From contig JAVRCV020000073.1 of NCBI GenBank assembly GCA_034530615.2, positions 32,001 through 96,000 of the forward strand: a stretch of 64,000 nucleotides of DNA, read 5' to 3'. Within the stretch, counting starts at the first letter, position 1. Each line of letters opens with the position of its first letter. Position numbers and translations under genes: made by a program. This document shows positions 60,438 through 64,000 of this stretch, in pieces. Source of the stretch: Aulosira sp. ZfuVER01. Lineage in GTDB: Bacteria > Cyanobacteriota > Cyanobacteriia > Cyanobacteriales > Nostocaceae. The notes beneath the pieces were generated by a model. It had not been told where the DNA came from, did not search any database, and was given only the letters and a program-made list of their open reading frames with translations.

Positions 60438-61484
60438 TCAGCGAATTTTGACGAACCCAGCCTGGGTTATCAGTTCCTGTCCCTGCTCAGTTAGAAGTAA
60501 GTTGGCATAAGCAATACCTGCTTGCTGCTCGATTTGACCAGTCTGTTTGACCACCACAAACAGATTGCGTGTAATCGGGTATTTTCCTGATTGGAAAGCC
60601 TCAATGTTCAATTTGTTTCGTTTACCAGGACATTCATTCGGGAGGACAAATGGTTCTTGGTAGGGAGCAACGTACTTCCCTTGCGTTCGCCCCAACGGTA
60701 AGGGTTTAATTGAGCATTGAGGAACCACCTCTGGGGCAGAAGCATAATAAATACCACCAGGACTACTAGCCAATTTTTGCAAGGCTTGGGTGGTAGTGGA
60801 GACGAATTCCACTTGCGATCCAAAAGATTGACCACCCAAGATGTCTTGGACAAAAAGTTCTACTGTGCCACCATCAGAGATACGTCGAGAATAAGGCTTA
60901 ATCGGAAGATTTAGCCCACCTAGTTGGTTCCAATTATTGATTTTGCCAGTATAGATAGATTTGAGCTAGTCTAAAGTCAGCCCTGGAATATTTAGATTGG
61001 GATTAACTGCTATTGCTAATCCATCAATTGCCACAGCAATTTGATTGAGACTAAATCCACGCTGTTGGGCGCGGCTTAATTCTTGATCTAAAACTGGCCT
61101 AGAGGACTGAACAAAGGCTAGCTGACCGTCGATTAGCGATTGTATACCCGTAGCAGAACCAGGCAATGCATTGCTGGGTTCCACATAGCGTAAGCGAAAC
61201 TCTGGTCTGGCTGCTGTGATTGCTGGGTCAACTGTTAGTCGAATTGGTGCCCAAGATGTGCTGCCTCCGTAGTTATATAATCCTATAGGAACATTTTCTA
61301 TAGATGTAAAGGTTTTGCCGCTGGGTTTTCCTGTGGAAGTCTGTGGGTTATTTGTTTTGTTAGAAATAGTTTGATTAAGATTAAAACCAGAATTTTTGGT
61401 AAACCACCAGAAGCCATCACCTATCAGCCCGGCAGTGATTGCCAGAGACAAGATTAGAATAGGTATTTCATTTTTTTGGGACAT
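60438..61484 (-). pseudogene. PstS-family substrate-binding protein with one in-frame TAG (60966-60968)
   Basis: Frame continues past the stop (LTLD*LKSIYTGKINNW) and aligns with the intact paralog (LTIAQLKDIYTGKLTNW). Confidence 0.85.
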
Positions 61485-61738
61485 AGCACGTAACCTTGTA
61501 TGTCGGTTAAATACAACTAGTGACTAAATGTTAAATTTTTTAATTTTAAATTTTGGATTGAAATATCTGCTCTGGCAAAATTTAATTTAAGAATTGACAA
61601 AGTAAGTATTTTAAATCATCAAAACATCCTGTTAAAGACAATTTAAAATTCCTTATTCAAGCTCCTAAATACATTAGGTTTCTACCAAGCATTACAAGGC
61701 AAGTATCAATCTAAAATCTAAAAATTCAAAATTTTTAA

Positions 61739-62767
61739 TTAACGAATTCTAACAAATCCAGCTTTAGCAATTAATTCCTGACCTCGATCTGTTAGCAGCC
61801 AGTTAGCATAAGCTTCTCCTGCTTGCTGATCGCTTTGTCCATTTTGTTTAACTATTACAAATAACCGCCTAGTAATTGGATATTCACCTTTTTGGAAGGC
61901 AACTGCATTGAGTCGGTTGCGTTGTTGTGGGCAGCTTTGCAGGGGAATGAAAGGCTCTTTGTAAGGCGGAATGAGTTGATCGGATTTTCGTCCTAGGGGT
62001 AAGGGCTTCACAGTACATTGTCCAACCACTTCTGGGGCAGAGGCATAGTAAATTCCCCCGGGATTATTTGCCACTTCTTTTAAGGCTTGAGTTGTAGTTG
62101 AGATAAATTTGACATTGGCACCAAATTTTTCTCCTCCCATGACATTTTGATCAAAAAATTCGACGGTGCCTCCCTCCTCTAAACGCCGCGAGTAAGGTGT
62201 AATGGGTACATTAGGGCCATTCACCTGTTGCCAATTAGTCAGCTTGCCAGTGTAAATATCTTTAAGCTGTGCTATTGTTAGACCCGGAATTTGGAGATCG
62301 GGATTAACTGCGATCGCAATTCCATCAATCGCCACAGGAATTTCTTTGAGTTGAAAGCCTCGTTGTTGAGCCTTCTGGTATTCCTCATCTTTGAGAGAGC
62401 GAGATGACTGGGAAAAAGCTAGTTGGTTATCTAAAAGCATTTTTATTCCCGTACCAGAACCAGGCGCACCAGTAGTAGGATCTGTGTAGCGTAATTGATA
62501 ATTAGGCCAAAGCTTTTGAATTTCTGGGTCTACTTCTTTACGGATGGGAGCCCAAGTAGTACTTCCCCCATAACTAAACAATCCTGAGGGAACATTTATT
62601 TTTTTGGTAAATGTATCTTCATTAGAGCGAGATTGGTTAATCGTCAAACTATTGATTACACCAGAATTATTAGCTAACCACCAAAATACACCACCTACTA
62701 ACCCTAGTGTAATTACCAAAGTTAAAGCCAAAACTCCAGTTTCGTTAGTTCCGTTTTTTGGCGGCAT
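61739..62767 (-). CDS. PstS-family phosphate-binding protein
   Basis: YGGSTTWAP, GSGTGI, SQSSR, VAIDGIAIAVNP, YPITRRLF. Confidence 0.9.
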   Translation of the reverse strand: MPPKNGTNETGVLALTLVITLGLVGGVFWWLANNSGVINSLTINQSRSNEDTFTKKINVPSGLFSYGGSTTWAPIRKEVDPEIQKLWPNYQLRYTDPTTGAPGSGTGIKMLLDNQLAFSQSSRSLKDEEYQKAQQRGFQLKEIPVAIDGIAIAVNPDLQIPGLTIAQLKDIYTGKLTNWQQVNGPNVPITPYSRRLEEGGTVEFFDQNVMGGEKFGANVKFISTTTQALKEVANNPGGIYYASAPEVVGQCTVKPLPLGRKSDQLIPPYKEPFIPLQSCPQQRNRLNAVAFQKGEYPITRRLFVIVKQNGQSDQQAGEAYANWLLTDRGQELIAKAGFVRIR

Positions 62768-62812
62768 AGTTGTTATTTTGATCTTTATCTATAAACGCAA
62801 TGTCCCATTTTG

Positions 62813-62842
62813 AGGTTTCTTCTAGGTTAAGAATAGGTTAAG
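62813..62842 (-). promoter_or_regulatory. Pho box (SphR site)
   Basis: - strand CTTAACCT-ATT-CTTAACCT-AGA-AGAAACCT, 45 nt upstream of the pstS-like start. Confidence 0.85.
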
Positions 62843-62900
62843 TGTTGATTTTGGCTGGTAAGGTAAGTTACTCCCAGCAATTACACTGACAGGCAAAAGT

Positions 62901-64000
62901 TTAAAGAATTAGAGAAAGCAATTTATAAATCAAGCGAAATAGCGCTGTTAGTGCAATACTTACTAAGGCTGCGGCAAATGCTAGTAGCAATATTTGCTGA
63001 ATGCCAAGCTCACCACGTAACAATGGTAAAAAAAATATCAGAGCAAAAGTAACTCCAGGAATAATTAACAAATCTAGTTTTTCAATCCACCTTCTTGTTT
63101 GGGCAAAAATCAGTATTCCCAAAATTACAAATGAAATACCTAGAGTAATGATGGGGTTATGTATCAGGCTCAAACAAGTGATCGCGATTAATGCTCCTTC
63201 AAAGCCGCTAAAGGCGGCTCCTCCTAACAATTCCCATGTAGAAAAGGCTGGTATAGCTGTTGGTAATGGTGAGACAACAGAACTAGAACTTTGTGTTGCA
63301 GGTGGCGACGTGGGTGTAATGTATGTAGGTGGTATTAACTGTGGCTGATAAATTTCTGCAAGTGAATCTAAAACCTCTTGCGCTGACTGAAAGCGTTGAT
63401 TGGCAGCCGGGAAGAGCATTTTGTCTAAAATATCAGCTAAACGAGGATTGATCGTGACTTGTTCTCGCCATTTCCACTGATTACTATAGCCATCAAATAA
63501 CTTAGTTGCTTCCTGACCAGTCAGCAAGGTTAAAACAGTTACAGCTAGGGCATATAAATCTGTAGAGGGGAAGACCTGATTTCCCGCCATCTGCTCAGGC
63601 GGTGCAAATCCCATAGAGTAAATTCCTGTAGAAGAAGTTGCAGGAGCATTTGTGACTTGTTTGACTGCACCAAAATCTAGCAGGAAAAGTCTGCCATCAC
63701 GACGACGCATGATGTTAGAAGGTTTAATATCTCTGTGGATAATACCTTTTTCATGGACAAACTTAAGTATCTTGAGGATTTCTTGTAGTACATCTAAAAT
63801 TTCTGGTTCAGAAAACCTGCTTTTTGTGACTAATTCTTCCTCAAGATTTTGCCCGTTAATATATTCCTGTACTAAATAAAAAAACTGATCTTGCTGTCCT
63901 GGTTGTAAGCTGGGAACCGTCATCGGAAAGAAAGCAAACAAGTCAGGAATTTGCTCGTGTTCGTTGCCTATATGTGCCAAAACCTCTGCTTCTCTTTCAA
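62901..64000 (-). CDS. Ser/Thr protein kinase with C-terminal TM segments (5' end outside window)
   Basis: HRDIKPSN, LLDFGAVK, GFAPPEQ, DLYALA. Confidence 0.93.
   Translation of the reverse strand, partial: EREAEVLAHIGNEHEQIPDLFAFFPMTVPSLQPGQQDQFFYLVQEYINGQNLEEELVTKSRFSEPEILDVLQEILKILKFVHEKGIIHRDIKPSNIMRRRDGRLFLLDFGAVKQVTNAPATSSTGIYSMGFAPPEQMAGNQVFPSTDLYALAVTVLTLLTGQEATKLFDGYSNQWKWREQVTINPRLADILDKMLFPAANQRFQSAQEVLDSLAEIYQPQLIPPTYITPTSPPATQSSSSVVSPLPTAIPAFSTWELLGGAAFSGFEGALIAITCLSLIHNPIITLGISFVILGILIFAQTRRWIEKLDLLIIPGVTFALIFFLPLLRGELGIQQILLLAFAAALVSIALTALFRLIYKLLSLIL

Noticed and set aside
48017..60968. Two in-frame TAG stops (IS701 transposase, pstS-like gene) as evidence of stop-codon recoding
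   Set aside because: They appear to replace different residues (Trp and Gln) by single transitions, and many normal genes here end in TAG
1..64000. High frequency of GCGATCGC
   Set aside because: Ordinary cyanobacterial HIP1; useful only as a taxonomic clue

Overview
64 kb of chromosome from a heterocyst-forming (Nostocales-type) cyanobacterium, judged from very frequent HIP1 octamers (GCGATCGC), heptamer tandem repeats (STRRs), devH and a probable hglK. Backbone genes include ilvA, a class A PBP, a cobalamin cluster (cobG-cobH-cobI, cobL, cobK) with two cobalamin riboswitches, sucrose synthase next to a GH65-beta-phosphoglucomutase fusion, PstS-like binding proteins with a clear Pho box, and a Ser/Thr kinase. 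The most striking feature is a chemosensory locus with methylation enzymes (cheA / cheW-MCP-cheB-cheR, facing an InsA-like ORF, cheY, cheC and a hybrid kinase). Its cheA-cheW junction is split by a co-oriented 21-repeat CRISPR array with no cas genes in the window. Also present: a single-chain PstI/BsuBI-type methyltransferase-endonuclease fusion with apparent CTGCAG depletion; a TPR/J-like/GrpE cassette without an adjacent Hsp70; a membrane protein resembling a Rieske oxygenase catalytic domain without the Rieske domain; an XisI/papain-fold toxin remnant beside an intact immunity-like gene; a Yfr2-like sRNA; a 51-aa membrane microprotein; a decayed IS701; and several nested or in-frame small mobile repeats. 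All family assignments come from motif recognition by eye; no database search was run.
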